Shown: positions 1 through 26,600 of the stretch, piece by piece
How the letters are laid out: each line of letters opens with the position of its first letter
Numbering within the stretch: position 1 is the stretch's first letter
Assembly (NCBI GenBank): GCA_030248215.1
Contig: JASANG010000611.1
Coordinates: 372,001-436,000, forward strand
Length of the DNA: 64,000 nucleotides
Source of the DNA: Enoplolaimus lenunculus
Taxonomy: Eukaryota
Direction of reading: 5' to 3'
Notes under the pieces: model-generated
The model's input: only the letters and a program-made list of their open reading frames with translations
Database searches by the model: none
Told to the model about the DNA's origin: nothing
Made by a program: the position numbers and the translations under genes

Positions 1-108
1 TAACACTCTGGTGAAGTCTTGTGTTTTGTCCATCGGCTATAGATTGAGGTAGTCGGGTTTTGCACAGTGAAGTACTGAAAAATTCGAATCGTTGTGATTG
101 TTGTTTAG

Positions 109-3100
109 GTGCTCGATCCGGCAACTCGCCAAAATCACGTGAATGTCACCCGATGGTTCAACACATGTATTCATCAACCGCATTTCAAGGCTGTCCTGGG
201 TGATGTTCAGTTGTGTGACAAGCCAACCGAATTTGATGGTATGGGTGTCGCTATACTTATCGTGCGGCGTCGACCGTCACCGTGTTGACGTACGGCGACG
301 GACAGCGCTAGAAAACTTTAAAGAATTTTATAAAGTAGAGCGCGGCAACGCAAATCCATAAAGTTAGAAAGTGAACTTAAAACGGTATGAAAACGCTGTT
401 ATCAAAATAATCAGCAGTAACACGATTGTTTGTTGATATCCAAAGTTCAAATCAAATTTCGGATCCGAAGATCCGGTAGTTTATATTACCGGATCCGGAT
501 CTTAAAAATTGCAGAGATCCGACCCGGATCCGGATCTCGGATCCGGTCGATACCTGCTCCATATTCACGGAAGCGTAATCTACCTTCGATGGTATATTTT
601 CGGCGATTGTCAGATAATATACGGATGAAATATATTTAATTTTTATTGTCATTTTTTAATAAAATATCTTAATTTCTTAATTCCGGTAAAAATTTACCGG
701 AATCGTAAAGTCAAAAAAAGCCGGAACCGGAATTCCGGCTTATCCTGTTGATATCCTGTAAGGTTACTACACGTGTTTCGGAAAAGTTGTGTTTGTGATA
801 TATCTATCCGTTTATTATGTTTTAGCCAACAAGTTTAAAAGTCTTCAAGCAGCTGCTGGATGTGCGCATGGCAAACAAGGTAAGTTCTACTTATTAGTGT
901 TTTAATGCTCTGACAAATGGAAGAGTTGGCTTGAAAAATAGAAGTTTTTAATGTATACACCTGCAATGTGTTACACTGACCAATGTTGCTGGATAACCTT
1001 ACCATTCAACAGGAAGTCAAAGCCGAATTTGTGTGTGTGGTACACACAGTAAATCGGGGTATTTTCAACCCAACTAATTACTCGGGCAACCAGTTTGTAA
1101 TGGTAATTGTGGAGTTCATTTATAACATGTATCTATCTAATATCTAGCTATATTATTAAAACTGCAACACCCCACATACGTATTTTGGGCAAAGTTCCAC
1201 CATAGAACAAATAAGTTTGTTTCAGCGACCTTTGTATATTATTCTGGTTTCGAAAATTAACAGTACATTATATCGGTAGAGACGGACATATTAGTAAAAC
1301 GTGACACATTTTTCATGCTACTTGGACACTATGTCTGTTTCACGTGCATTGGGATATTGGAGTTGCAAACCATGCGCCCAATTTGACTAGTTGGTGTAAT
1401 TTCGCAACGAATAATCTTGAATTTACGTCACCTTCAACAAATAGAGAAAACTCAGATTGCAATAATTACTGAAAGCTAAAGTTTATTTACATTTAAGTGA
1501 AAGTGTGCAGTTTGTGAGTCAGACGCTATCTAAAACGTTTATTAAGCTGAATAGGTCTCGTTTGAAGCTTTTTCATAGTAATTGTGTTACACCAGACGGT
1601 CGCAATCGTCGCAGTTCACATCGTACGTCTATGCGTCTATCGCAGTGTTCTGAAGGTGGTGGTTCCGCTGACCATGACGATTCTTGGGGTCGCAAGGGCA
1701 AAAAAGGTTCAGTGCTCTTTTTATAAGTGCACAGGGTTGCTGTTTTTGCTTCATAGTGTTCGGCTGTGCTGTGAGCGTGCGTTAAATAACTGGAGTCATT
1801 CAGTTTTGCTATGTTACAATTAGTGTTGCATCTGTGTAGCTTAGTTTTCACGCCAGCATTCTGAATTGTAACTGTGCCGATCAAAATTAAGTAGGCTAAA
1901 GAATTCATCGAATGGCTGCACAACGCTAGCCGTGTGAAATACATCGGATACAACAAACTCCCGATGTCTCTCAAGACAACACCGTTAAACGTAAACTGAA
2001 GAAGGATAACATTAGATCAACAGGCATCATGCTAAAAACGATGTTCGGTTTTGGTATCCGGTATAAACCTACCGGATACCGGATATTTACGATTGTGGTC
2101 CCGAATACCATAACACTGCTTTTGACACGTATTGAACATCTTGCTGCCATTACCTTTCTGGACAAGTGATGCTGCAAGGTTTAACACTCACTGAAATATA
2201 ATTATAAATTTTCAAGCTAACAATTAATAAACATATACTTCTGGGCGACTCAATTACATTCGACAGTGCTTATTTTTATTAATATATCCCGTTTCGATAA
2301 AAAATTCAACATCCGGTTTCGGTACCCTTGAAATTAACATCCTTTTATACCCTGCGTAGATGTGCTTGGGCTAGGATTACGAACGTTTAATTAGAAATAG
2401 TTATAATGCAGAGAAATGACACGCCTCATTTTAAGTCATCCATTCGACATTTTGTTCAAGTTTAGTATCTGATCAAAGTCTATAAGGTTGCTTTTTAAAT
2501 TATTAATCAAAGTTTTAGGAATGTGTTAAATTGTTCTGCTAGAATATAGATGGAGGTTAAATTCATGCATTTCTGTAAAAAGTTTGGATCGGGTTCAGTT
2601 GTTATGTTCAAAAAAATTCCGGGTCCGGGTTAGCTCTGAAAAGAAATCTTAGTACTACAAGTCCTGTTTTACATTGTTAAAAATTCCTGGTCTAGGATTT
2701 TCTTATGAAAAATCCGGGTCCATGTATTTACATATTTTTAAATGTTGCAACTCTAATTATATGTTTCACTTGTGTATTGTTTACATCTGCATGTCATATG
2801 GTTTTGAAGCTTACCATACTCGCCCCTGCGAGCAACGCATAAGTTGAATGTGCCTGGGATTTGAAGTGCATGTGGGATAATATTCGACGAATTTGCCGCA
2901 AAAGTTTGCAAAAATGTAGAGACAATAGGGCAGCCTTCGTAGCAGAAGGCCACCTAAAGAGATGGAATGTGTTGTATTGATCCGGTTATCCTAACCCTCG
3001 TATTATAATTTGGCACCCAGCCAGTCGTACGTATTTAAAAATTTGAGACTGTGATTAGAGCGGGCGTTTTGGAGTAGTTATTGGTTTTATCAGTTTCGGT

Positions 3101-5606
3101 TTGCTTAATGTTAAAACGGACAATTCGAAACCGGAATGTTTTCGAGAATATTAACACTGGAATCAATAAAGATAAAAATTTGAAACCATGTATCGAGAAT
3201 TGTTTTGCGACGTTTAAAATATTTAACAGTTTTTTAATTTGCTTCATTATTAATATGATTTATGCATGAGTGAAACTAGCGTCTTGTTTTGGTACTGACG
3301 TGTGTCTGCATATATATGCGATATATTTTTCTATTTAATCAAGATATTAGCTAACATGGTTTGGTATTTACTGTTCTGTTGATAATTCGTATCTTGTTCT
3401 CGTGGTTATGCATCGCAATGCGTCACTGAGTTACGTTTGTAATTGTAAACTCATTTTCTAATGCTTTCAATTTGTCGTAGAGAAATTGAGTTACGACAAC
3501 TGCTGATGGCAAATTTAACCATGGGGACATGCACAAATTTTGATAACGATTTTATCGGTTATATTTTGCAGGAGGCAAGAAGGACAAGAAGGCTGGCGGC
3601 GGCAGCAATGAAAAACCTACCAGTGCTAAAAAGGAATCAAAGAAACCGGCCGAAGACAATGAGCCAGAAGAAATGGACGAATCTGAGAAAGCGCTGGCTC
3701 AGGAACCAAAGAAAAAAGATCCGTTTGAAAAATTTCCAAAAGGGTAAGGTTTAATTGCCCTGATTTATCTTTGTGATTTACAACAGTATGCTTCCAGGAT
3801 TAGAGATCGATTTGTTTGTGTCATTTGTGATGCAAGGCTTTATATTTAAATTATTTATGTTTCTACCTTTGAAATTTTTGTAGGTTTTGCAAAAATGCTA
3901 CGTTTTTACTAAATTTCACAAATTAGTAATATACTTGCAAAGTTTCTCTTTTAGCTAGAAGGTATCTATGTAATTTATAGAATTTAAAAAAGTATCTATG
4001 TAATGCGTTTTACTGCATGATTTAGACGATAATGAATATTGTGCCAAGTCTATAAGGGCCGGCAAATACCAGCTAATGGAAGCAGGTACGTAAGCATCTA
4101 CATTACGCTATTATGCGAACACGTAAACCCTAACAACCGTAAAAGATTATAATTTTATGAGTACGGTTTATTTCAATTAATTTTTTCAAGCACAAACGCC
4201 AGGGGGATAAGTGTTTTCTTCATCAGTCAGACTGATATGTACAAAAAATCGTCAACTTTTTCGCAGTGCTAATACCGTTACTCACGGAAAGTACCGATTA
4301 TTACCGATGCTGATTAATCGGTACATGCCTAGTTTCTGTGCCAAGTATTTGGATTTGTGTCAGCGTGAACTGATCATTATCGTGTCACCGTTGAGTTTTA
4401 GTTCGCTAAACATGGATGAATTCAAGCGTGTATTTTCCAACGAAGATATAATGACCAAAGCAATACCATATTTGTGGGAACATTTTGACAAAGAAAATTA
4501 TTCGTTTTGGTACTGCGAATACAAGTATCCTGAAGAACTGACGCTCACATTCATGAGCTGCAATTTAATCACAGGTTGGTTTTTATCCAAAAAACGTAGG
4601 TTGAGTTATCACTATCCATGGTTTCAAATATTAAGTTACTGCTACATTATAATAAAATCATTCTGATGTAACAGCGATACTTTGTCTATGACTAAAATGT
4701 TTGAAGTACATAACTGATTTATATTTTTCCGCATGAAGCGTTAACAATTTCAAGCTTTTAGCATCGTTGCGATAAGCTTGTATGAAGACATTTGATTTTT
4801 TCTTTTCGAAAAAGAAATGTATTGCATTATTTACCCGAACTCTCATTTGAAGCTAAATCCCAAACTGAAATACGTTTTAAATACTGTTCTACAATGCGCT
4901 GTATGCATAGAATATGAGCTTTTTGTTTTAGGCATGATGCAGCGACTTGACAAAATGCGTAAAAATGCTTTTGGCAGTATGATTTTGTTTGGCGAAAACT
5001 ATAAAAGCAGCATTTCGGGGATTTGGTTCTGGCGCGGTCACGAATTGGCGTTTACGGTAAGAGAATTGTCTAGAGGCTGCTGGCAAGACTTTTCACATGT
5101 AAAATTAGAAACATAAAAGGGTAACAGGCACGAAGATCTGCTGAAATTCATTCAGAAATAACGTAATCGATTTGAATGCTTAAAATATAAGATGGTTTCA
5201 TTTCAATATCTGGTCAAGTGCAGAGTCATTCCAATTAATACATTTACTTATATTATGGTGAATTCCAGAATCCTGCAGTTTGGTTAACAAACGCTCCTGC
5301 GCAACACCGGTTGTAGTGGTGTGGTGTAATCAGTGAGCGGCATGAAGTACCTTGACTCTGCAGGTACGTCGCTAGCTTACGGTCTGTAAGTAATATGCCA
5401 ACTGCAGAAGGAGACTTTACATGGTACTGCGTTTCGTTCCAATACTTTTTAAGCTTAGCGATGATTGGCAAATTGATTATGAATCATACGACTGGAAGAA
5501 GTTAGATTTTGACGATCCAGCAGCCCGAAAACTGATTACTGAATACTTTTCTGAAGAAGGCGAATTTGGTGGCAAGAAAATCTGTGAAGCCAAAATCTTT
5601 AAATAA
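109..5606 (+). CDS. EEF1G: Translation elongation factor 1B-gamma, 5'-partial, spliced. Exons 109-238, 826-879, 3572-3743, 4402-4574, 4932-5056, 5454-5606; possible extra cassette exon 1596-1706
   Basis: Phase-consistent GT-AG exons translate to the end of the GST-C domain ([36 protein letters not shown]), a Lys/Glu linker ([14 protein letters not shown]) and the EF1G C-terminal domain ([12 protein letters not shown]...[41 protein letters not shown]...[14 protein letters not shown]...KIFK*). AATAAA at about 5779. Confidence 0.95.
458..557 (-). repeat. CCGGAT-repeat MITE end; similar clusters at 2045-2105, 2586-2722, 32811-33175 and 36810-36890
   Basis: Dense GGATCCGG / CCGGAT hexamers ending ...CCGGTCGATACCTG (revcomp CAGGTATCGACCGG, a hAT-like terminus). 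Confidence 0.55.
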
Positions 5607-6354
5607 AAAAGTTTATAATGTTATTTGTTTTAGGGAGCATTTTGTTGTGTTTTTCGCATTAGCAGTGTTGAAACTAAATTTCAAATTAAGTTTAGATTTG
5701 AGGCTAATAGTTGTTGTAAAAGATGGCTGTCATTTTGAGACTGTTTATGCAAGGTAAATAATTTAATTTTTGAAGTATAATAAAGACGTGGTTCTCCACT
5801 GTTTATTTTGCAGTTTCATTTTCTAATCAAAACACTGTTATGCTATATTTTTGTTTTATCTTTTAGAATATTTTAAAGTAATAAATTAATGGTTTGATCA
5901 ACTTGTCATGAGCTTTCAGATTGGTGTGGTCTTTTGTAAAACTGTACGATATAGGACTAGTGTACAAAGTTAGGTGTGACTGTTAAATTGTCTTTTATTT
6001 AAACCGTTGGAACATTTGGCATGATGCATTAAACCAACAATAGAAATGACTATGTTAGCTAGACGGATCATTCCTCGGAAGAATTGTGTCAGCTCGGTGT
6101 GCTTTTGTGTTTCCGAAGACGGTTATGTTGAGACGACAGGGTTTAGAAAACGCTAAACACGTTTACTTGAGCCACGCAATCGTTTCATATCGCAGAAGTT
6201 TTGTGAATGCTGTTTCGAAACATGAAAAACGTTACAAATAATCATTTGTTGAATATGCTAATAATACTGTTTTGCCCCTGTTCTTTACATTGGCCCCTAA
6301 ACTTAGCCACAACGTAAGCCTATCCTCCCATAGGACAGGCTCCCATGTATACAG

Positions 6355-6494
6355 CAGGGTGCAACCGAGGTCTGGCTCCGGCCGAAAATCGGCCTCCGGC
6401 TATTGTAGTATTTTTTCGGTAGTTTTGTAATATTTAAGTGTTTAGCGCGTTTCGTTTTACTTTTGTGGTATTTTTCACCTCTGTTTGCACCCTG
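6355..6494. mobile_element. hAT-type MITE with CCGG-rich subterminal repeats
   Basis: TIRs CAGGGTGCAACCGAGGT / ACCTCTGTTTGCACCCTG; flanks GTATACAG / GTACACAT (6 of 8). Related ends at 13900-14003 and 50672-50725. Confidence 0.7.
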
Positions 6495-6501
6495 GTACAC
6501 A

Positions 6502-6930
6502 TGGAGGTCTGCCTCTGGCTGCGGCAGAAAATTGACCTCCGACTCCGGTAGAATTATTGCCGGAGGCTCCGGCAATTTCGGTAGGAAACTTTGCAAAATT
6601 TTACAAAATTTTTACGCTTGTCGCGTTTCGCCTTAATTTGTCACAATTTTCAGGAAAGAGTTAACGAGAATTTAAATAGTAAGCTTAAAACCGAACATTT
6701 ACTTGCAGTAGCAGCTGTGCTAATGTTTAGTATATATGCAACACGGTACAACTAGAGGTCGGACTCTGGCTCCGACAGAAAAACTACCTCCGGCTCCGAT
6801 AGATTTTTTACCGGAGGTTCTGGCAATTTCGGTAGTAAAATTTTGCATAGTTTTGCAAAATTTATTCGTTTGGTGCGTTAGGTTTTAACGTTTGGCACAA
6901 TTTTGACGAAAGAATTGTCAAAATTTTGTA
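6502..6930. repeat. Two diverged direct copies (period ~251 bp) of a CTCCGG-rich repeat
   Basis: 6502-6675 aligns with 6753-6930, for example CCGGAGGYTCYGGCAATTTCGGTAG..AAA.TTTGCA. Confidence 0.75.
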
Positions 6931-7048
6931 AAAAAATAAGCGGAAAACCAAACGATGAAATAACACATTTTAGATATATATTTGCTAAAAATAACAAATT
7001 AACATGATTTTAACTACCTAATTTCGCCACACCTCCGGCAAGTTTTAA

Positions 7049-7587
7049 AGGGTGTAAAACCGGAATTATGAAATACCGGAACCGGAAAGTTAAAAAATAC
7101 CGGAACCGGAAAATAAAAAATACTTGTTACCGAAAAATTCATTTTTAGCGCTGTTTTATCGTATTTAATAATGTAAACACACCATTTATCGTATAATGAT
7201 GTAAACACACCACTTGGAATGCCAAAATTCTGAAACAAATGCAGTAGGTGGAAACGACCAATGTAAAGAACACGGGCGTAACAGTATTATGAGCAGATTC
7301 CTAAGCCTAAGTGCAAGAATGAGCATATTCCACAGTCTAAGCCTAAGCCAGGCAAAAAAATTAGTCTAAACCGTAAGCTTACTCTATTCTAGTCACACGG
7401 AAAGACGTTCCGCCCCTAATCTTCACATGGCCCGTGGAAACATATGACAAATTATGCAGTATGGCATAAGTTGAAAATTTTGGCAATACGTGCTCAGGCA
7501 ATTTTAAAAAAATAAGTTAGAATATTCAATACCGAAAATACCGGGAAATTTTTAAAAATGTACCGGATTTTGCCGGTGTTACCCTAA
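7049..7587. mobile_element. ACCGGA-rich MITE-like element; inverted homolog at ~39000-39422
   Basis: Begins AGGGTGTAAAACCGGAATTATGAAA and ends CCGGTGTTACCCTA. CGAAAAATTCATTTTTAGCGCTGTTTTATCG matches the reverse complement of 39315-39348. It contains a nested GCCTAA-motif element. Confidence 0.6.
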
Positions 7588-10500
7588 AGGCCGTCCCATT
7601 TTCCTGGTGATATAATTGATCTTAACCAGGATTGTGTGGACAATAATTTGTTGCTGTTGGTTGATTATCTTGCAATCGGGCAAATGCACGATTCAGAGCA
7701 TTATTTACTATATAGCAATTATTTCATTTTAAAAAGTTTATTTCCGGGACAAAAATAGCATACACGTCAAGTACCTCAAATGTAAAAGTCTGGGACTGCT
7801 TGTCGCACTTATGAACGTAAAAAATGTATCTTAAAATACGTTACGGAAATATTAATAATGACTTATTATTTTTTATCAGATTTTTCATTGCTATAGAATT
7901 GCACACCTGAACATATATCTAGACAGACGGTGTTTAATTGCTGTTTTTCTACCAGCGTTTAATTATAAGTTCGAATTGAAGTGGAATTTTATATAATTCA
8001 TCTCTCACTAAAAATATGCTTAAAATTAAGTAAAACTGTTGCCGAATTAAGTGTCGGCTTTACTTTTACTATGGTGCTTGGACTGCTTGGCAATGTTTTA
8101 CTTTTATTAATTTTAAGCAAACAAAAAATTTCCAATGTTTTTACACCATTTCTTGCGTATTTTATAAACAGTTTGTTGGAGATAGTCGACATTTATAAAG
8201 TTGTTACCATCAGAACAGCACATTTACTGGAGTAGTTACCTGATGTACGCAAGCATTATTGTTAGTTCTGCATTAAAATTTAGTGCAGTGCGTTTCGTCA
8301 GTATATTTTGAAACTAATTTTTATGGGTTCAGATAAAGCAAAAAACATATTTAATGATACGTTCACACTGTTTTAGTTCGTCTTAAGTGCATCAAAAATA
8401 GTTTTGTGGCGGCAATATCATTAAGCACAGTGTCATACCATGTGTGGCCATTATTGTACCTGAATATGAAGGGGAAACTGATATTATTTGGTGTCTCGCG
8501 AGGGAACCTTTGTTGCTATTCGAGAAAAACTGTTATTTAGATTTTAATCCAGCCCCAGTATATTTGGACCACACATTTTCACCGATACCAGCCATTTTCT
8601 ACGTTTTACTTTCGGATATACTTTAAAGACTTGGGGGTGCTGCGACGAATATAGCTAACAGTATTACTTTGAGTAATGAATTAAACTTTGTACTGAGCAT
8701 AACTTTGTTCAGGGAGCATTTACGTGGCTTAACTAGTGTAATTGGCGTGTATAACTACTGACTAGTTAGTAATTTTGGACCCAATTCATTTACACACTCG
8801 AATTAAAGATATAAACTCCAATTGAATAATGATCCTGCGCTCGTATTAACCTCTCCTACTGCTGCTCTTATTCGGGTCGCTACAGTAAACTCTTGTCTAA
8901 CTTCATTTATTATGGAACGTTGGCTTGCTTTCAGTAGCATATATACTTCAGGAATCAACGTTAAGAATTCGTCCATACATTTTTCACAACCTAAGCGCAG
9001 TGTTTATATATTTTGATGCTCAGCCTGTAGGTATTTCATTCAAAGCAAATAAACCGTTGCGAATGAACCGTATCGATCACAAATTGTTGCGATTAGTTTG
9101 ATAGAAAAGTTTGAGGTGACAAAACCATACGCTGCCTCCAAAGCCGGTACTCAATGGTTTCAGAACATATCGTTGCGCAACCAACTCCAAGCAAAGTGGT
9201 TAGGTTGATTGCAACACCTCACCAGAAACCATTAATATTGTGTACATTTGCTCACATTGGGTTACTTCTCATTTCGTAATATTTTGGCTCATTTTTCAGC
9301 GGCGCCTGTTTTTATCATCTGGTGAACAACAGAGGAACCATTTTTGTGCTTCTCTGGAGTAACCGTTTACCAACACCTTAGCTCTCAGATTGCCGTACGC
9401 CGTAAATACGTCAACTTTTATATGCGTATATAATATATTCCACTTTTTTGTGGTTTATTTGTATACGTTATGCCTGTAAACGAAAATTTAACTTTGGCCC
9501 CACCAAATGTACAATGCACAGTCATCTCATTTATAGCCCCCTAGAAATTTTACAGGGGCACACTTTGACTGTTCCAAAGTGCGTTTGGCTTTTGCGTCAA
9601 GATTGTAATTTTGTCTATTGCTTTCTCTTGTCTCCCTCTCGTATATAAAAGCATCAACAGAGAAGTTTTGTTGCTGCATTTATGCGCATTGCAATAATCG
9701 TTTATTTGCTGCATTCTTCTTGTCCCGTTTTGCAGCTAAATATAAAAGTTGGTCTCTCTAGAATGTAGATGCGTAGTGCGTAGGACCGTGATAGAAATAA
9801 TACAAATATTGTGGTCTTCGTTTTAAGGAGAAAACATTTGACATTTAATTTTAGTTTTTGGACGCGAACTTTTAGCATAAAACTCGCGACTCCATACAGT
9901 GACCCTTATTTTTAAAGTTGAGAACGTTTCAAATTTTTTCTTTTTTTTGACAATGCTTGTCAAGAATGTTAATGCTTTCTATATATGTCATGTTGTTGTT
10001 ACTTAACATACAACAATTGTATGAAGTGATATATTCGTGCAAACTGTACAAAATATCGGTAGTTTAAATACGAAATATTTTAGATTCAAGCAAGACGCAG
10101 ATTTTGTAATTTTCAAAAGTACACAGAGCACAAGTTTACGTGCCTGGAATTTAAATTTAAATGCGGCTCTGGGATCACTGGCGAGCAGTTTCTCACAACA
10201 TGAAACAGTCTTGAAATAAAGGTTAATTTTGTAATGAAAATGCAATTCGCGAAAGTGGTTAAATTTCCTTAGTAGTCGAAGTTTGCGGCAGAATTTAGCA
10301 CAATTACAGTTTGACTGCCATCTAGCGATTTTATCTCATACCTGAATTCCAACGTCTACGAATATATATTTATATATATATTATATTTATAAATATATAT
10401 ATATATATATTAAAATAATGCTTGAAAAAAATCGCACTTTGTCCGCTGTTGATTTCACCACTTTTCATGCGTTTTAGGATTTGTATATGATTTGCCGTTT

Positions 10501-10845
10501 CAGAATTCCATCGGAGTGTTATTTCTATACAATTTCACAAAAATAAAAATTTCTGTGTTTTCCTAATAGTATTCAATCATGTAGCAGCACATATCGTGCT
10601 TGATAAACTTTCAGCTTGAAAGTAGCTGACATTTTCGAAGCGTTTGTTTATATTGTTACAATCAAGCGACGTATAAACGGGGAGAAAATGTGAATTGTAA
10701 TGTTTTTAATTTTAAACCGGTCACCAATTTGACGAGTCGCCTTAGCCTGGCAAATTTAAACATTTCTCATTAAATTAATATTCAAATCCCAGAGCAGTAG
10801 GTATAGAACAGCAACGTGACCAGAGCAATATAGTAACGCCTACAA

Positions 10846-23647
<12,802 letters not shown>

Positions 23648-26600
23648 AAACTATGCCTTACTACTAGTGATTTCAATTTTTTGTTGCATTGATACGTATG
23701 CCATGTACTGAACGCCTATTTGTTGCTCAGATACTGTCTTGAGTCGTTGGAAACGCCAACTGTAAGATTCGTTGAAACATATTAGCGGCCATAACCAGTG
23801 TGACAAATTTTAAGTTGCGCTGTATTGAATAAAGCATGAGCTGAAAACCACAGTTTTTTTGCTCTTGAACGTTTCTCTCAAAATGTAAGATTAAACCTCA
23901 AATTTAGGCTTAGGCTAAGGTTAGAAGCCTTTTACTATACCTAAACCTAAGCCTGTGGAATAATGTATACAAAAGCCTGCGGGCGAAGCGTATAAAATCC
24001 CAATTTTGGTCGGAGGTTATGTTCGTATCAGAAACTGGTACTAAACTAGTTGCAAAATATGCAGTTTTTCTACATTTTGAATGAATCAAGATGCGTGTTG
24101 TCTTCATTTCAGCGATAACCTGTAACATAACACCCGAATTCTTGCTCCGATATCTTGTAACACTTGATATATAATGTGCAATTATTAATGTTGAACTTAT
24201 TTGTTTTTGTCAATAACGACGGTGTCATGGTTTCAACCGATTTAATTTTATGTTATTACATTTTTATTTCACATAACGTATTAGAAGATAATTTTATACC
24301 GGTCAAGCTAACATCTTGCAGCCCAAGTATATATGATTCTCCACAGTACAGTCAACCGTCCCAGCCAACTTTACCGGCTTTGTACAAAGTTGTTCATGCT
24401 CCTTTAGATATTGCCAAGCCAGTTGAATCCATCACCGTATGATACCATCAGAATCTATCATAATGTGTAGAATTGCCGATATCAATAGATGGCACTCAAG
24501 AAGCCACGATTTGTCACATGAAACCGTGTGAGCTGCATATCTGTGAATTCTTACAGTGCCAAGAGTTGATTCGGTACGCTACTTAATAGTAATTCGGATC
24601 AGCCAAGTTTATTGGAATGCTTTATTTAAGCCACACCCGGAAGCGGAAACACCTTGTATTTATGGTATGTTACAAGTTGGCAATACGTTATAATACATTT
24701 TAAAGCACACCTATTCATTCGGCAGTTCGGATGCAATGTCGTGGTTATCCAAGTTATTCAATGAAGTTATGCTTAATAAAATCGTTAAACTGCGGCAAAT
24801 TTAGTACACTTAGCTGTATTGGTGATACGCGATTATATATATTACAAATACAAAATAATTATTTAACAAACTATCTTGTTTGTCATCCGAGATTGACACC
24901 GTCGATAGTAGTATTATGACGAATATGTCGTTAATTAATATTGCAATTGCAAATATTCAAAATAACGTTTTGGCACTAAGTTTAGTCGAAATAGATCAAA
25001 GGATAACTTCAGTTGCAAAATTTCTTGATTCCTTTGCCAGCTGTCACGCGTTTAGCGTTTGAAAAATGATACATTATTGTATTTTGATTTTTTTGTAAAA
25101 AAAATAATAACTTAAGTAATTGCTTGTAAAGTTAATTTCAAGTCATGCTCGCATTTCCTCACAAGACGTTACATCGTTAAAGTTTACGTACAAATTTTAT
25201 TACTTTATTAACTCGAGCGTAAGCAGTTTGACGCTACAAGTAATTTAAAATTGAAGTACTGAAATTCCGGTGTGGCAGCACAAGCCCCATCCCCACGTTA
25301 GATTCAACAGTGTATCCTACGTTAATGCATTCTCCCTCAATATGCAAATAAGAACATTTCGGGGCATTAACTCAATGATGAACAATTATCGTTTGTGCAG
25401 TTAGAGAAATGCTATTGCAAGAAGCGCTAATCATGGCAACGTTCGTGTCTTTTAAATTAAGCAATATTGAAAATACAGTTGGCGCACGGTAGTTTTATAG
25501 TACATATAAAGAGGGATCAGAAAAGTTTGTGCTTCGTATTAATTCAACGTTATTATCCATCGACACTTCCAAAAAAGGAGCCACATAAAGTTTAACCTGT
25601 CCGTTTACGGTTGGCGTCTCAGATTGGAAATACAAAACATGGTTACGAGCTCCGCAACGTGGAATACCAGATTTTGCTAAATCAAATTGCGTTTTGCTAA
25701 TGGTTTATAGAATGGTCACAAGCGCTAGCCAATTAAACGGAATTAGTGTAAATTACACATTTATGAATTAGTTGCTAGCTTTAATATTTCCGTATAAAAT
25801 TAGTAATAAGTAACATAAATCGTACCGCGCAATATCAAAAAAATTATATCGAAGTCATATATAATGAGCGTCCTTCATATATTGTATGCACAGATTTAAA
25901 GAACACAAATCAAATACACAAAAACAATATTTAAAGACAGTGTGGGAGCATGCTTCCGGTGTCGGGGCTCCTTAGAATGATCAACATATTTTTCAAATGT
26001 TTTGTTTAAAATGTTGTTTGGACGAAGTCCCTCGTTAGGGTGGGGGATCCAAATAGAAGATATGGGGTGGCTGCTCCGGCCTTGTTTAAAGAATATATAA
26101 TTTTTACTAGTTTAAATGTACAAATTAAACTGAGAAAATGTCAAGCTTTATTGCCAAAAACCGCTTCAAGCAACTACTCTTTTTGTGCAACAGCTTTTAA
26201 AATTTGTTTGGTAAAATAATGTTGCGTGTAAAAATTTATTTTATGATAATACTTCAGTGCAGTGCAACATTCCAATTCAATTCCAAAACAACTATCAAAG
26301 TCGAAATTAATTCACATCTTAAACTTTCATATTCTGCTTTTCACGTTAATAGCGAAATACTACTTTTAACATTAAAACGAACCAAATATGATTTGTTACC
26401 TAATTGTGGAGTACTAACAGGAATATTGGTACAATACCTTAAACCACTTTGATCAAAACAGTTCGATTTTAGTTGCGAGTTCTTAAACCACAAACCAAAA
26501 GCGAAGCACGCTGTCTTGCGGAACCCGAAATAAAACACACATTTTACCTAACGATACTGGTATTGTCGCTCACGCTTGGTTTCATTCCATAGATACATAC

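Noticed and set aside
274..311. Helitron 3' end (GC hairpin plus CTAG)
   Set aside because: It lies only ~35 nt from the exon, is followed by A rather than T, and I saw no second copy.
3461..3754. 97-aa ORF from the track
   Set aside because: Wrong frame. The EEF1G exon 3572-3743 is read in another frame.
4655..4720. C/D box snoRNA (AAATCA...TGATTT stem, CTGA)
   Set aside because: The C box is imperfect (CTGATGT) and I could not recognise an rRNA or snRNA target.
8440..9420. Decayed pogo/Tigger-like transposase on the minus strand
   Set aside because: Only faint motif resemblance (MVSGEVLQ), many stops and no TIRs identified.
24400..24450. Sar1-like C-terminus (YGDGFNWL) on the minus strand
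   Set aside because: No upstream GTPase motifs at the right spacing; probably chance.
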